Assembly: GCA_942491735.1 (NCBI GenBank)
Contig: CALOCN010000014.1
Coordinates: 3,215,573 to 3,279,572 of the forward strand
Length of the DNA: 64,000 nucleotides
Reading direction: 5' to 3'
DNA from: Candidatus Eiseniibacteriota bacterium
GTDB taxonomy: Bacteria; Eisenbacteria; RBG-16-71-46; JABDJR01
The notes under the pieces are model-generated. The model searched no databases. It saw nothing but the letters and a program-made list of their open reading frames with translations, and was not told the DNA's origin. Of the stretch, positions 17,559-25,662 are shown one piece after another (the first letter of the stretch is position 1; every line of letters starts with the position of its first letter). The position numbers and the translations under genes are program-made.

Positions 17559-18385
17559 TCCAGGCGATCCAGGATCTTGGTGACCAGCTTCTTCAGGGTG
17601 GGCTCGGCCGAGGCCGCCACGGCGAGGATCTTGGCCACGTTGACCGGCTCCAGGGCGTCCGGAAGACAGGAATCGGTGATGACGGAGAGCGCCAGCACCT
17701 TCATACCGCCATGCACGGCCACGATGTTCTCCGGTACGAGGCTCATGCCGACCACGTCGGCTCCGATCTGGCGCAGGAAGCGGTACTCGGCCCGGGTTTC
17801 CAGGTTGGGCCCGGCCACCGCGGCAAAGACCCCCTTGCGCAGCGGAATGCGCTCCTCCAGGGCCACCTGTTCGGCCAGGTCGATCAGCCTGCGGTCGTAG
17901 GGCTCGCTCATGTCCGGGAAGCGCACCCCCAACGTGTCCTCGTTGGGGCCAATGAGCGGGTTGTCCCCCATCAGGTTGAGATGGTCGGTGACCACGCAGA
18001 TGTCTCCCGGAGCGAAGTGCGGGTTCATCCCTCCCACCGCGTTGGACACGACCAGCGTCTTCGCCCCCAGGGCCCGCATGACCCGGATGGGGAAGGTGAC
18101 CTCCTGCATGGAGTAGCCTTCGTAGAAGTGGACCCGCCCGTTCATGACCACCACGCGGCGCTTGCGCAGCGTTCCCACCAGGAGCTCCCCGGTGTGGCTC
18201 TCGGCGGTGGATTGGACAAAGCCCGGGATCTCCCCGTAGGGAATCCGCACCGGATCCTCGATGGCGCCGGACACGTCACCCAGACCGGTGCCCAGGATGA
18301 GACCCACTTCCGGTTCGACCGGGGTCCGGGACCGGATGTGGTCCACCGCTTCCTGAATCTGTTGCGTCAACGCGGACGTGCTCAC
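17555..18385 (-). CDS. purine nucleoside phosphorylase (trimeric PNP/MTAP family)
   Basis: Motifs ILGTGLG, ESHTGELLVG, VVVMNGRVHFYEGY, VSNAVGGMNP, GPNLETRAEYRF and VGMSLVPE. I chose GTG at 18385, which is preceded by GAGGAG at 5 nt. The track's TTG at 18421 would overlap yggS. Confidence 0.9.
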   Translation of the reverse strand: MSTSALTQQIQEAVDHIRSRTPVEPEVGLILGTGLGDVSGAIEDPVRIPYGEIPGFVQSTAESHTGELLVGTLRKRRVVVMNGRVHFYEGYSMQEVTFPIRVMRALGAKTLVVSNAVGGMNPHFAPGDICVVTDHLNLMGDNPLIGPNEDTLGVRFPDMSEPYDRRLIDLAEQVALEERIPLRKGVFAAVAGPNLETRAEYRFLRQIGADVVGMSLVPENIVAVHGGMKVLALSVITDSCLPDALEPVNVAKILAVAASAEPTLKKLVTKILDRLE

Positions 18386-18395
18386 TGTGTCTCCT

Positions 18396-19118
18396 CTAGT
18401 TGACCGGTTCGCGTGGTCCAAAGAGCGCGGTTCCGACCCGGACCAGGGTTGCCCCCTCCTCCACGCCGACCTCGAGATCCCCGCTCATCCCCATCGAAAG
18501 TTCGGTGAGGGCTCGCCCCAAAACGTCTTCCATCTCCGTTCGAACGGCACGCAATGCGCGGAACGCGGGCCGGGCCGCCTCGGGCCCACCCTCCGCGGGC
18601 CCCATCGTCATCAGACCCTGCAGGTCCACGTGCTCCGCGGCGGCAAAGGCGGCCGCCACGGTACGGGCCTGGGCGGGGTCAAAGCCATGCTTGGCTTCTT
18701 CTCCCGAAGCATTGAATTGGGCCAGGACCGGGAGAACCCTGCCTTGGCGTTCCGCCTCGCGGTCCAGTTCCTTCAGCAACCGTAGGGAGTCCACGCTGTC
18801 CACGCTGTCGAAACAGTGCAGCGCCTGGCGGACCTTGTTTCGCTGGAGATGCCCGATCAGTCGCCAATTCAGTTCAGCGCCGTCACCGCCCTCCCCAACA
18901 CGCTCGATCTTGGGCCCCGCCTCCTGGAGACGGCTTTCCCCGAACACCCGTTGACCCAGACCCACCAGGGACAACACATCCCCTGCCGGGCGAGTCTTGG
19001 AGACGGCTACGAGACGCACCGTGGAGGGATCCCGCCCCGCCCCTTCGGCGGCCACCCGGATCCGTTCCATGACTGCGGCAAACCTGTCGGCGACTGGATT
19101 GGGGGCGTTCACGCCCAC
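18396..19118 (-). CDS. yggS: YggS-family pyridoxal-phosphate homeostasis protein
   Basis: Motifs VRLVAVSKT (PLP Lys), GESRLQEA, WRLIGHLQRNKV, LSMGMSGD and LVRVGTALFG. A second GTG at 19112 has better SD spacing (AGGAG), so the start is either 19118 or 19112. Confidence 0.9.
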   Translation of the reverse strand: MGVNAPNPVADRFAAVMERIRVAAEGAGRDPSTVRLVAVSKTRPAGDVLSLVGLGQRVFGESRLQEAGPKIERVGEGGDGAELNWRLIGHLQRNKVRQALHCFDSVDSVDSLRLLKELDREAERQGRVLPVLAQFNASGEEAKHGFDPAQARTVAAAFAAAEHVDLQGLMTMGPAEGGPEAARPAFRALRAVRTEMEDVLGRALTELSMGMSGDLEVGVEEGATLVRVGTALFGPREPVN

Positions 19119-19138
19119 TCCTGAAACATGAGCGGGTA

Positions 19139-19167
19139 ACTATACGAGACGACCCCCCCCCGGGCAA
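19139..19167 (-). promoter_or_regulatory. putative sigma70-type promoter upstream of yggS
   Basis: Minus strand reads TTGCCC (19167-19162), a 17-nt spacer that contains a G9 run, then TATAGT (19144-19139), about 20 nt upstream of the yggS start. Confidence 0.4.
19153..19161. repeat. homopolymer C9/G9 tract
   Basis: Nine consecutive C on the plus strand, located inside the spacer of the putative yggS promoter. Confidence 0.95.
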
Positions 19168-19186
19168 CGACCCGCAACCGGCCACG

Positions 19187-19745
19187 CTAAACCCTCGTGG
19201 GGCGCTGAAGCGGTGCCTCCACCTCGTTGCGCTTGACCCGGCCCTCCAGAATCTCGATGAGGGTCAAGGCAAAGTCCATCGCGGTCCCGGGCCCGCGGCT
19301 GGTCACCACACGGTCACTGACCACAACCGGGTCGTCCCGCAGCGTGGTTTTCGGAAGTTCCATGGCCTCAAGAATTCCGGGATAGCCGGTGGCCTCGCCC
19401 GTCCAGAAGACCGGCGGCGGCCAGAACCTTGGGTCCCGCACAGATCGCGGCAACCCAACCTCCTCCGGCAAGCTGGTCCCGCAACGCCGCGGCAATACGC
19501 GGGTCGTTGCGCAGGGCCTCGGCCCCGGGACCCCCACCCGGGAGGGCAATCAGGTCATAGGACTCCTCGAGGGCCAAATCCAGGGTGGTATCCGGTACCA
19601 GGACCACGCCTCGGCTCGCCGTGACCGTCCCGCCGGCCAACCCCGCGCTCACCACGGTGATCCCCGCGCGACGCAGCAGGTCGATGAGGGTGACCGCTTC
19701 GATCTCTTCACAACCCTGGGGCAAGGGAACAAGAACCTTGGACAT
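19187..19745 (-). pseudogene. DJ-1/PfpI (YajL/ThiJ-like) family gene interrupted by a frameshift
   Basis: The N-terminal part lies in the frame of ORF 19368-19775, using ATG at 19745 with GGAGG upstream: MSKVLVPLPQGCEEIEAVTLIDLLRRAG...AAICAGPKVLAAAGLLDGR. The C-terminal part lies in the frame of ORF 19187-19549: EATGYPGILEAM...VVTSRGPGTAMDFALTLIE. The junction is around 19395-19420 and implies one missing base or two extra bases. Confidence 0.8.
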
Positions 19746-19786
19746 ACAGGAATCCTCCGGGGCGCGAGTGTACACTGTGACCCCTC

Positions 19787-20692
19787 ATGCCCGAACTTCC
19801 CGACGTGGTGATCTATCTGGAGGCGCTGGAACGACGCATCGTGGGCCGCGAGCTGCGGCAGGTGCGGGTGACCAGTCCCTTCCTCCTGCGATCCGTGGAC
19901 CCTCCCCTGGAAGCGGTGCGCGGAAAGCGGGTCACCGGGCTCCGGCGGCTGGGGAAACGCATCGTGTGGGAGTTCGAGGACGATCTGTTCCTGGTCATCC
20001 ACCTCATGATCGCCGGGCGTCTGCGGTGGAGGGAGGCCGGCATCGCCGTCCCCCGCAAGCTGGGGCTGGCCGCGTTCGACTTCGCGGAGGGATCGGTTCT
20101 CTTCACCGAGGCGGGCACGAAGAAACGCGCATCCCTCCATCTGGTGCGTGGGGAGGTCGCATTGGCGTCCTTCGACCGGGGCGGTCTGGAGGTTCTGGAG
20201 GCGGACGCCGCGGCGTTCGCAAGAACCCTGCGCAGCGAGAATCACACCCTCAAGCGGTCCCTCACCGATCCCAGGCTGATCAGCGGGATCGGCAACGCGT
20301 ACTCGGATGAGATCCTCCACGCGGCGCGGCTCTCCCCCATGGCGCTCACCTCCCGTCTCGATGACGAGAGCATGAGCCGGCTCTACCGGGCCACCCGCCG
20401 TGTGCTCCTGGATTGGAGCGAGCGTCTCCGGAAGGAGCTAGGCGACGGCTTCCCCGAGAAGGTGACCGCGTTCCGCAAGGGGATGGCGGCGCACGGCCGC
20501 TACGGAAAGCCGTGCCCCGACTGCGATGCCCCCATCCAGCGCATTCGCTACGCCGCCAACGAGTGCAACTACTGCGCCCCGTGCCAGACCGGAGGAAAGC
20601 TGCTCCGGGACCGATCCCTGTCCCGCATCCTCAAGGGAGACTGGCCCCGCAGCCTCGAGGAACTCGAGGAACGCCGGGAAGGCAACCGGTAG
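19787..20692 (+). CDS. Fpg/Nei-family DNA glycosylase/AP lyase
   Basis: N-terminal MPELPDV (catalytic Pro2/Glu3), an H2TH region ([26 protein letters not shown]), and a C-terminal zinc finger CPDC...CNYCAPCQ. Confidence 0.88.
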   Translation: MPELPDVVIYLEALERRIVGRELRQVRVTSPFLLRSVDPPLEAVRGKRVTGLRRLGKRIVWEFEDDLFLVIHLMIAGRLRWREAGIAVPRKLGLAAFDFAEGSVLFTEAGTKKRASLHLVRGEVALASFDRGGLEVLEADAAAFARTLRSENHTLKRSLTDPRLISGIGNAYSDEILHAARLSPMALTSRLDDESMSRLYRATRRVLLDWSERLRKELGDGFPEKVTAFRKGMAAHGRYGKPCPDCDAPIQRIRYAANECNYCAPCQTGGKLLRDRSLSRILKGDWPRSLEELEERREGNR

Positions 20693-20800
20693 TCCGGTCG
20701 GGCATGCGACGGACCCGGGCCGGGTAGGTATACTTGCACGGGTTTTCCCGCTTCAAGGATTCCCCGGATTTCCAGACGTTCCAACGAACAGGAGACGCCC

Positions 20801-21277
20801 ATGAGGCACCTTGTACTTTCCGTTGTCGCTCTCGCCGCCCTCGCGGTCTTTCCCAGCCAGGCCCTGTCCCACTGCCAGATCCCCTGCGGGATCTACACCG
20901 ACGAGATGCGGTTCGCCATGATCGACGAGCACATCACCACGGTGGAAAAGGCCATGAAGCAGATCCAGGAGCTGTCCTCGGCCGACCCCGTCAACATGAA
21001 CCAGGTGGTGCGCTGGGTCACCAACAAGGAATCCCACGCCCAGGAGATCCAGGAGATCGTCAACGCCTACTTCTTCACCCAGCGGCTGAAGCCGGTTGCC
21101 GACGGGGCGGACGGCTACGAGGACTACCTGACCAGCCTGAAACTGACCCACGCCATCACGGTGGCCGCCATGAAGTGCAAACAGACGACCGACGCCGCCA
21201 ACATCGCCGCCCTGCGCAAGGCCACCGCCGACTACAAGGCGCACTACTTCAAGGACGCGGAACACGACCACGAGTAG
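20801..21277 (+). CDS. sodN: nickel superoxide dismutase precursor
   Basis: The Ni-hook motif HCQIPCGIY (consensus H-C-x-x-P-C-G-x-Y) comes directly after a 23-aa hydrophobic leader, MRHLVLSVVALAALAVFPSQALS. The remainder has four-helix-bundle length. GGAGA lies upstream of the ATG. Confidence 0.85.
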   Translation: MRHLVLSVVALAALAVFPSQALSHCQIPCGIYTDEMRFAMIDEHITTVEKAMKQIQELSSADPVNMNQVVRWVTNKESHAQEIQEIVNAYFFTQRLKPVADGADGYEDYLTSLKLTHAITVAAMKCKQTTDAANIAALRKATADYKAHYFKDAEHDHE

Positions 21278-21283
21278 GGACGG

Positions 21284-22705
21284 CTATTCGCTGCGCGGGT
21301 CGTAGCGATGCAGGGTGATGCCGAACGGAAACTCCAGGACCTCGGCCCGGGTATGGGTGGGGGCCAGGGTCGGGGGAATCCGCTCGAGCCTCCCCGGGTC
21401 CGGGACGTGCGAGGTCACGATCCAGACCCGCCCCGCCCCGGCAACCAGGGAGCGCAGGTGAGCGAGGGTCGGTTCATCGAAACGCATGGTATCCCCGGCG
21501 GAGTAGTCGATGGGCCGGGGAAGATCGTCCGGCAGGTAGTAGACGAGGATCCCGCTATCGGACACATCGCGATTGGTCAGGACAAGATCGCCGTCCCGGA
21601 AGCGCGTGGTGAGCTCACCCGCCACGTCCCTCCAGGGTTCCTTGCGGAACGTGCGGTAGTAGTGCTGGAGGTCGTAACCCTGCAGCAGAACCAGCACGGC
21701 CAGCACACCCCACCCGACCCGGGAGGCACGCACCAGGACGGCCAGCCCGCACCCGGCCAGGGTGTACAGACCCGGAGCCACCACCATCGCGTAGTAGGTG
21801 GAGTACATGGGGTGACCAATGCGGGACACGATGAAGGGAAGCACGATGGGGACCGAGACCCAGGCGGCCAGAAGCACCGCCGCCGGGCGCTCCCGACGCC
21901 AGGACCAGGCCAAGCCGATCAGGGCGAGGGGAATCAAGGCGAGCCACGCCTTGGGACCGGCATACTGGCGGAACGAAGAGACCACCGTGCCCAGGTACGG
22001 GGGGACGAGCCAGTACGTGTCGTGGTCGATGGACAGCAGGCTCAACACGCGGACGAGCCAGAAGGCGCCCAGGGCAACCAGCCCAAGCTGGAGGAGGATC
22101 CACCGTCCCACCACCCGGCGCGTGAACGCCGGATCCAGGACCCACAGGGCCAGGACCGCGAGGTTCTGGGCCAGGATCACGAATACGCCGTAGATGTGCG
22201 TATGAAGGAGCAGGGTGGAGGCCCCGAGATAGGCGACGATCCGCAGCCGGGTGGGTTGTTTCCACAGCAGGACAAGGGCCAGCATGGAAAGCAGGGTGGC
22301 CAGGATAAGAAGGCTGTAGGTCCGGGCTTCCTGGGAGTAGCGGACCATGTACCAGGCCAGGGCAAGGACGAGGGACGAGGCGAGTCCGGCCCGGCGGCCG
22401 AACAACTCCGATCCCAGCCGATAGATGGCGAGCACGGCGAGCGTCCCGAACACGACCGAAGGGAACCGCAGTGCGGACGCCGAGTCCCCCGCCAGACGGA
22501 TCCATGGGTGCAGGATGAGGTAGTACGTGGGAGGGTTGTATTCCCGCTGGGGAAGCAGGTCCGCGAGCGGCTTCTGCGACAGGCTGAGGGAGAAGGCCTC
22601 GTCGATCCAAAGGGAGAGATGATCCAGCTGCAGCAGCCGCAGGGCGACGGCGACGACCAGGACCAGGCAGAGAAGCACGAGGGAGCGGGATCGTTCGGAT
22701 GTCAT
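21284..22705 (-). CDS. GT-C fold glycosyltransferase (family 39 / ArnT-PMT-like) membrane protein
   Basis: I chose the internal ATG at 22705 (MTSERSRSLVLLCLVLVVAVALRLL). The first-loop motif LSLWIDEAFS (DE) is typical of GT39/PMT_2. It has many TM helices and a soluble C-terminal domain. The upstream 118 aa of the track ORF are Arg/Gly/Pro junk. Confidence 0.75.
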   Translation of the reverse strand: MTSERSRSLVLLCLVLVVAVALRLLQLDHLSLWIDEAFSLSLSQKPLADLLPQREYNPPTYYLILHPWIRLAGDSASALRFPSVVFGTLAVLAIYRLGSELFGRRAGLASSLVLALAWYMVRYSQEARTYSLLILATLLSMLALVLLWKQPTRLRIVAYLGASTLLLHTHIYGVFVILAQNLAVLALWVLDPAFTRRVVGRWILLQLGLVALGAFWLVRVLSLLSIDHDTYWLVPPYLGTVVSSFRQYAGPKAWLALIPLALIGLAWSWRRERPAAVLLAAWVSVPIVLPFIVSRIGHPMYSTYYAMVVAPGLYTLAGCGLAVLVRASRVGWGVLAVLVLLQGYDLQHYYRTFRKEPWRDVAGELTTRFRDGDLVLTNRDVSDSGILVYYLPDDLPRPIDYSAGDTMRFDEPTLAHLRSLVAGAGRVWIVTSHVPDPGRLERIPPTLAPTHTRAEVLEFPFGITLHRYDPRSE

Positions 22706-23886
22706 ACGTAAGTCTGCGGTTATACGCGATAACGCGAGGCAGGGTCTACCCCCTCCCACGACTTGCCATCCGACCCCTTCTGGCCTGGCTGTGCCTGCCT
22801 GCCCTCCTGCTCGCCGGCTGCGCCGAACCGGATCCCCCACCCTGGGTGAACTTCTCCCCCGATCCCTGGCCCACCCTGACACCCGCACAGGCCGGGCTGG
22901 ACCCCGAAGCCTTCCGGGCCTTCCTCGATCACAATCGGGACACCTTCTTTCCGCAGTCGTATGGCGGTCAGCGCCCGGTCTCGGGTGGGGTCGTTCTCGC
23001 CCGGGGCGGCTACGTGATCCAGACGTGGGGAGATCCGGACTATCGCTACCAGAACGCATCCCTGGGCAAGCAGTTCAGCCAACTCTGCTTCCAACTCGCG
23101 GTGGATGACGGGCTCATCCATCCGGACGATCCCATCGCCAAGCACTGGGATGGCGAGGGGCTGACCGGACACAAGCGCCTCGACCAGGGGTTCCACCCCG
23201 ACCTCACCTTTCGCCACCTGGTGGAGAACCGGGGCGGTTTCCCGGTCGGCAACGGATACTGGTGGGCCACCCGCTCCGACTCGTTTCCGGGCATTCCCGA
23301 ATGGGCCGAATGGACGGGCGATGCCGAGCACGACAGCTATTCCCAGATCCCCCCGGGGTCGCAGTACCACTATGCCAGCGGCAACTACTGGCGACTCTCC
23401 CAGGCCCTGACCGCGATCTGGAGGCGACCGCTCAAGGACGTGCTCGACGAACGCATCATGGGCCCCATCGGGATTCCCCCCGATCACTGGGATTGGATCG
23501 ACGGGCGCACGGTCAAGGAAACGGTCGACTTCTATCCGGAACTCCCCGGATACGGCGACTTCCTGGATCCCCCGTTCGAGATCCACGGGATTCCGGTCCA
23601 GGGGGGCGGCGGCTGGGTGGTGATGAGCGCCCGGGACCTCGCCCGTCTGGGACTGCTCGTGGCGACCGGAGGTGTGTGGGGGGAGACACGGCTGGTCTCG
23701 GAGATCCAGGGCGGCACCAGTGTGTCCGCCAACTCCATGAAGGGATGGGGCCGGATCGACGGCAGGAACGCCTACATTTCACTGGGGCGCGTCCAGACCG
23801 GATTCCGGGACCCCGGGGAAGACGATGTGACGGGATGGGTCAGCGGCCCGCCAAGGCCACCCGCACGCACCCGCGCAACTCCCTAG
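22699..23886 (+). CDS. serine hydrolase (beta-lactamase-related) lipoprotein
   Basis: Lipobox LLLAGC. Candidate S-x-x-K motif in NASLGKQF and a Tyr-containing motif YHYASGNYW. ATG at 22699 is the only canonical start, and it overlaps the divergent gene's start (ATGTCAT). Confidence 0.55.
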   Translation: MSYVSLRLYAITRGRVYPLPRLAIRPLLAWLCLPALLLAGCAEPDPPPWVNFSPDPWPTLTPAQAGLDPEAFRAFLDHNRDTFFPQSYGGQRPVSGGVVLARGGYVIQTWGDPDYRYQNASLGKQFSQLCFQLAVDDGLIHPDDPIAKHWDGEGLTGHKRLDQGFHPDLTFRHLVENRGGFPVGNGYWWATRSDSFPGIPEWAEWTGDAEHDSYSQIPPGSQYHYASGNYWRLSQALTAIWRRPLKDVLDERIMGPIGIPPDHWDWIDGRTVKETVDFYPELPGYGDFLDPPFEIHGIPVQGGGGWVVMSARDLARLGLLVATGGVWGETRLVSEIQGGTSVSANSMKGWGRIDGRNAYISLGRVQTGFRDPGEDDVTGWVSGPPRPPARTRATP

Positions 23887-24797
23887 ACGGCCGGTTCCGT
23901 GCCGGACCGATGCGGCAAGTGGGCTCCCACCACCGAGAGCACTTCGGCCGCCGCGGCCAGCCCACAGTCGAGGGCCGGTTCCAGCGAACCCTCACGGGCC
24001 CAACTCCAGAGAAAACCACCCAGCAGCGCGTCTCCCGCTCCGGTCGTATCGCGCACCTCCACCGGGGGGGCCGGCCGATGGATGCTGCGCCCGGCGGCGT
24101 GAGCGGTCACCCCGTCGGGCCCGCGACTGACCAGGACCACCGGAGCCAGCGACTCGGGGTCCGTGGTGCCCTCTCCACACAGGACGACCTCCGGACGCAA
24201 CGCAAGTACCGCGTCGATCCGCTCCCGCCGCTCGGCCACGAAGTGACGATCGGCAAAGTCGAAGGCCAGGGCATGGCCGCGTTCCCGCGCCCGGGCCAAT
24301 CCGCGCAGGACCAGGGCGGACATGCCTGCGTCTCCCAGTTCGTAGGTCGAGGTGAGCGTCCAACCGGGGCGGTCCCAGGGGTCCCGCTCCCAGGTTGCAT
24401 CCGGGGACACCCGGGGAAGGGTGGCGACAAAGATGCGCTCGGTCCCGCCCCTTCCCACCGCCACACTGTGCGCCTGGCGCTGGGGTCGCGGCTTGACCTC
24501 CACGTACTCGGCTCCGCATCCCCGCAGGGCGGCACGGATCCTCTCTCCCGCGGCATCCGCACCGGTGGGTCCCACCAGCACGCACTGCCCACCCAGACGA
24601 ACCCAGGCCAGGGCGGCATTGGCGGGCGATCCCCCGATCGACTCGTGCTCGCGAAACGCCTGCAGGTCGGGACCCAGTAGACGATCCACCCCTGCCGTGC
24701 CCTTGAGATGGGTGCGGCGCGCGGGGGAAAGGGCGACCCCGGCCTGGGCATCGAGAAAGGTGTCCCAGGGAAGATTGCAGAGCGAAACCAGGATCAC
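23883..24797 (-). CDS. PfkB-family carbohydrate kinase
   Basis: C-terminal DTTGAGDALLGGF motif and GG-type N-terminal motif (IGGSPANAA). GTG at 24797 overlaps the upstream stop (GTGA). The longer track ORF extension is Arg/Gly-rich. Confidence 0.8.
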   Translation of the reverse strand: MILVSLCNLPWDTFLDAQAGVALSPARRTHLKGTAGVDRLLGPDLQAFREHESIGGSPANAALAWVRLGGQCVLVGPTGADAAGERIRAALRGCGAEYVEVKPRPQRQAHSVAVGRGGTERIFVATLPRVSPDATWERDPWDRPGWTLTSTYELGDAGMSALVLRGLARARERGHALAFDFADRHFVAERRERIDAVLALRPEVVLCGEGTTDPESLAPVVLVSRGPDGVTAHAAGRSIHRPAPPVEVRDTTGAGDALLGGFLWSWAREGSLEPALDCGLAAAAEVLSVVGAHLPHRSGTEPAV

Positions 24798-25588
24798 GAC
24801 ACCACGGCCCGGAAGGCGTCCACCACGGCGCGCAGGCGGTCCGGATCGACCGGGTTTCGCCAATCCCCCGCTTCCTTGAAGTCGGATCCGACGATCAGCA
24901 CGTCCGCACGCGGGGCGTAGATCCCCACGTTGTCGCACGTCACCCCGGATCCCACGACCCGGCGTGCGTCCAGTCCGGCCAACGACTCCAGCTCGCCCGG
25001 ATCGGTCGCAAGGCCGGTGTGGGCGCCGGTGACCACCACTCCGTCGGCGCCGCAGAACACCGCGCCGTCGGCCAGGGTGCGCGTATCGAGGTCGCCGGTC
25101 ACCGCATGGGATCCGTGCTTCTTCTTCACGTCGGCCCAGATCTCCACAGGGTCGGCGCGCAGGTGAGCGCGCCGACGGATCAGTTCACCCGCGTCCGCCT
25201 CGATCCAGCCCTCATCCGCGACGTGGGCGTAGGCGAAGCCCTCCACCCGGATGAAGTCGAGACCACAGGCCACCGCGGTCTCGAGCGCGGCCCGGTTGGC
25301 CCCGGCGAGGATCTGGATCCCCAGCGGGCGATCCCACGCACCCCGCACCGCGGCGGCGACCCGGGCCATGGCGGCCACGGTTCCGGCCTCGGGAGAACGG
25401 TTGAGGTAGGGCGCGTCATGGGTATTCTCGATGATCAGCGCGTCCACACCGGCCTCGGTGAAGAGACGGGTCTCGGCCAGGGCCCGATCCAGAACCGGTT
25501 GCATGTCCCCTCCCCAGCCCGCGCTTCCGGGAAGCGGCAGGAGGTGGACACAGGCGACGAACAGGCAGCGATCATGGGGAATCCGCAT
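24794..25588 (-). CDS. BtpA/SgcQ-family TIM-barrel protein
   Basis: Motifs VHLLPLPGS, GVDALIIENTHDAPY, GIQILAGAN, FIRVEGF and the C-terminal VVGSGVT pattern, as I recall for the BtpA family. ATG at 25588. Confidence 0.7.
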   Translation of the reverse strand: MRIPHDRCLFVACVHLLPLPGSAGWGGDMQPVLDRALAETRLFTEAGVDALIIENTHDAPYLNRSPEAGTVAAMARVAAAVRGAWDRPLGIQILAGANRAALETAVACGLDFIRVEGFAYAHVADEGWIEADAGELIRRRAHLRADPVEIWADVKKKHGSHAVTGDLDTRTLADGAVFCGADGVVVTGAHTGLATDPGELESLAGLDARRVVGSGVTCDNVGIYAPRADVLIVGSDFKEAGDWRNPVDPDRLRAVVDAFRAVVS

Positions 25589-25662
25589 CGCGAAACCATA
25601 GCAGAGCGCCCCCCCGCCCCGCGCTCTGTTCACCGCGTGGACCTCGGGCTAAGCTCGACGGC

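Noticed and set aside
14403-17900. 1165-aa plus-strand ORF
   Set aside because: It is antisense to ileS (HIGH and KMSKS motifs present on the minus strand) and to the PNP gene. Its composition is low complexity (G/R/P/H/V) and it has no known motifs.
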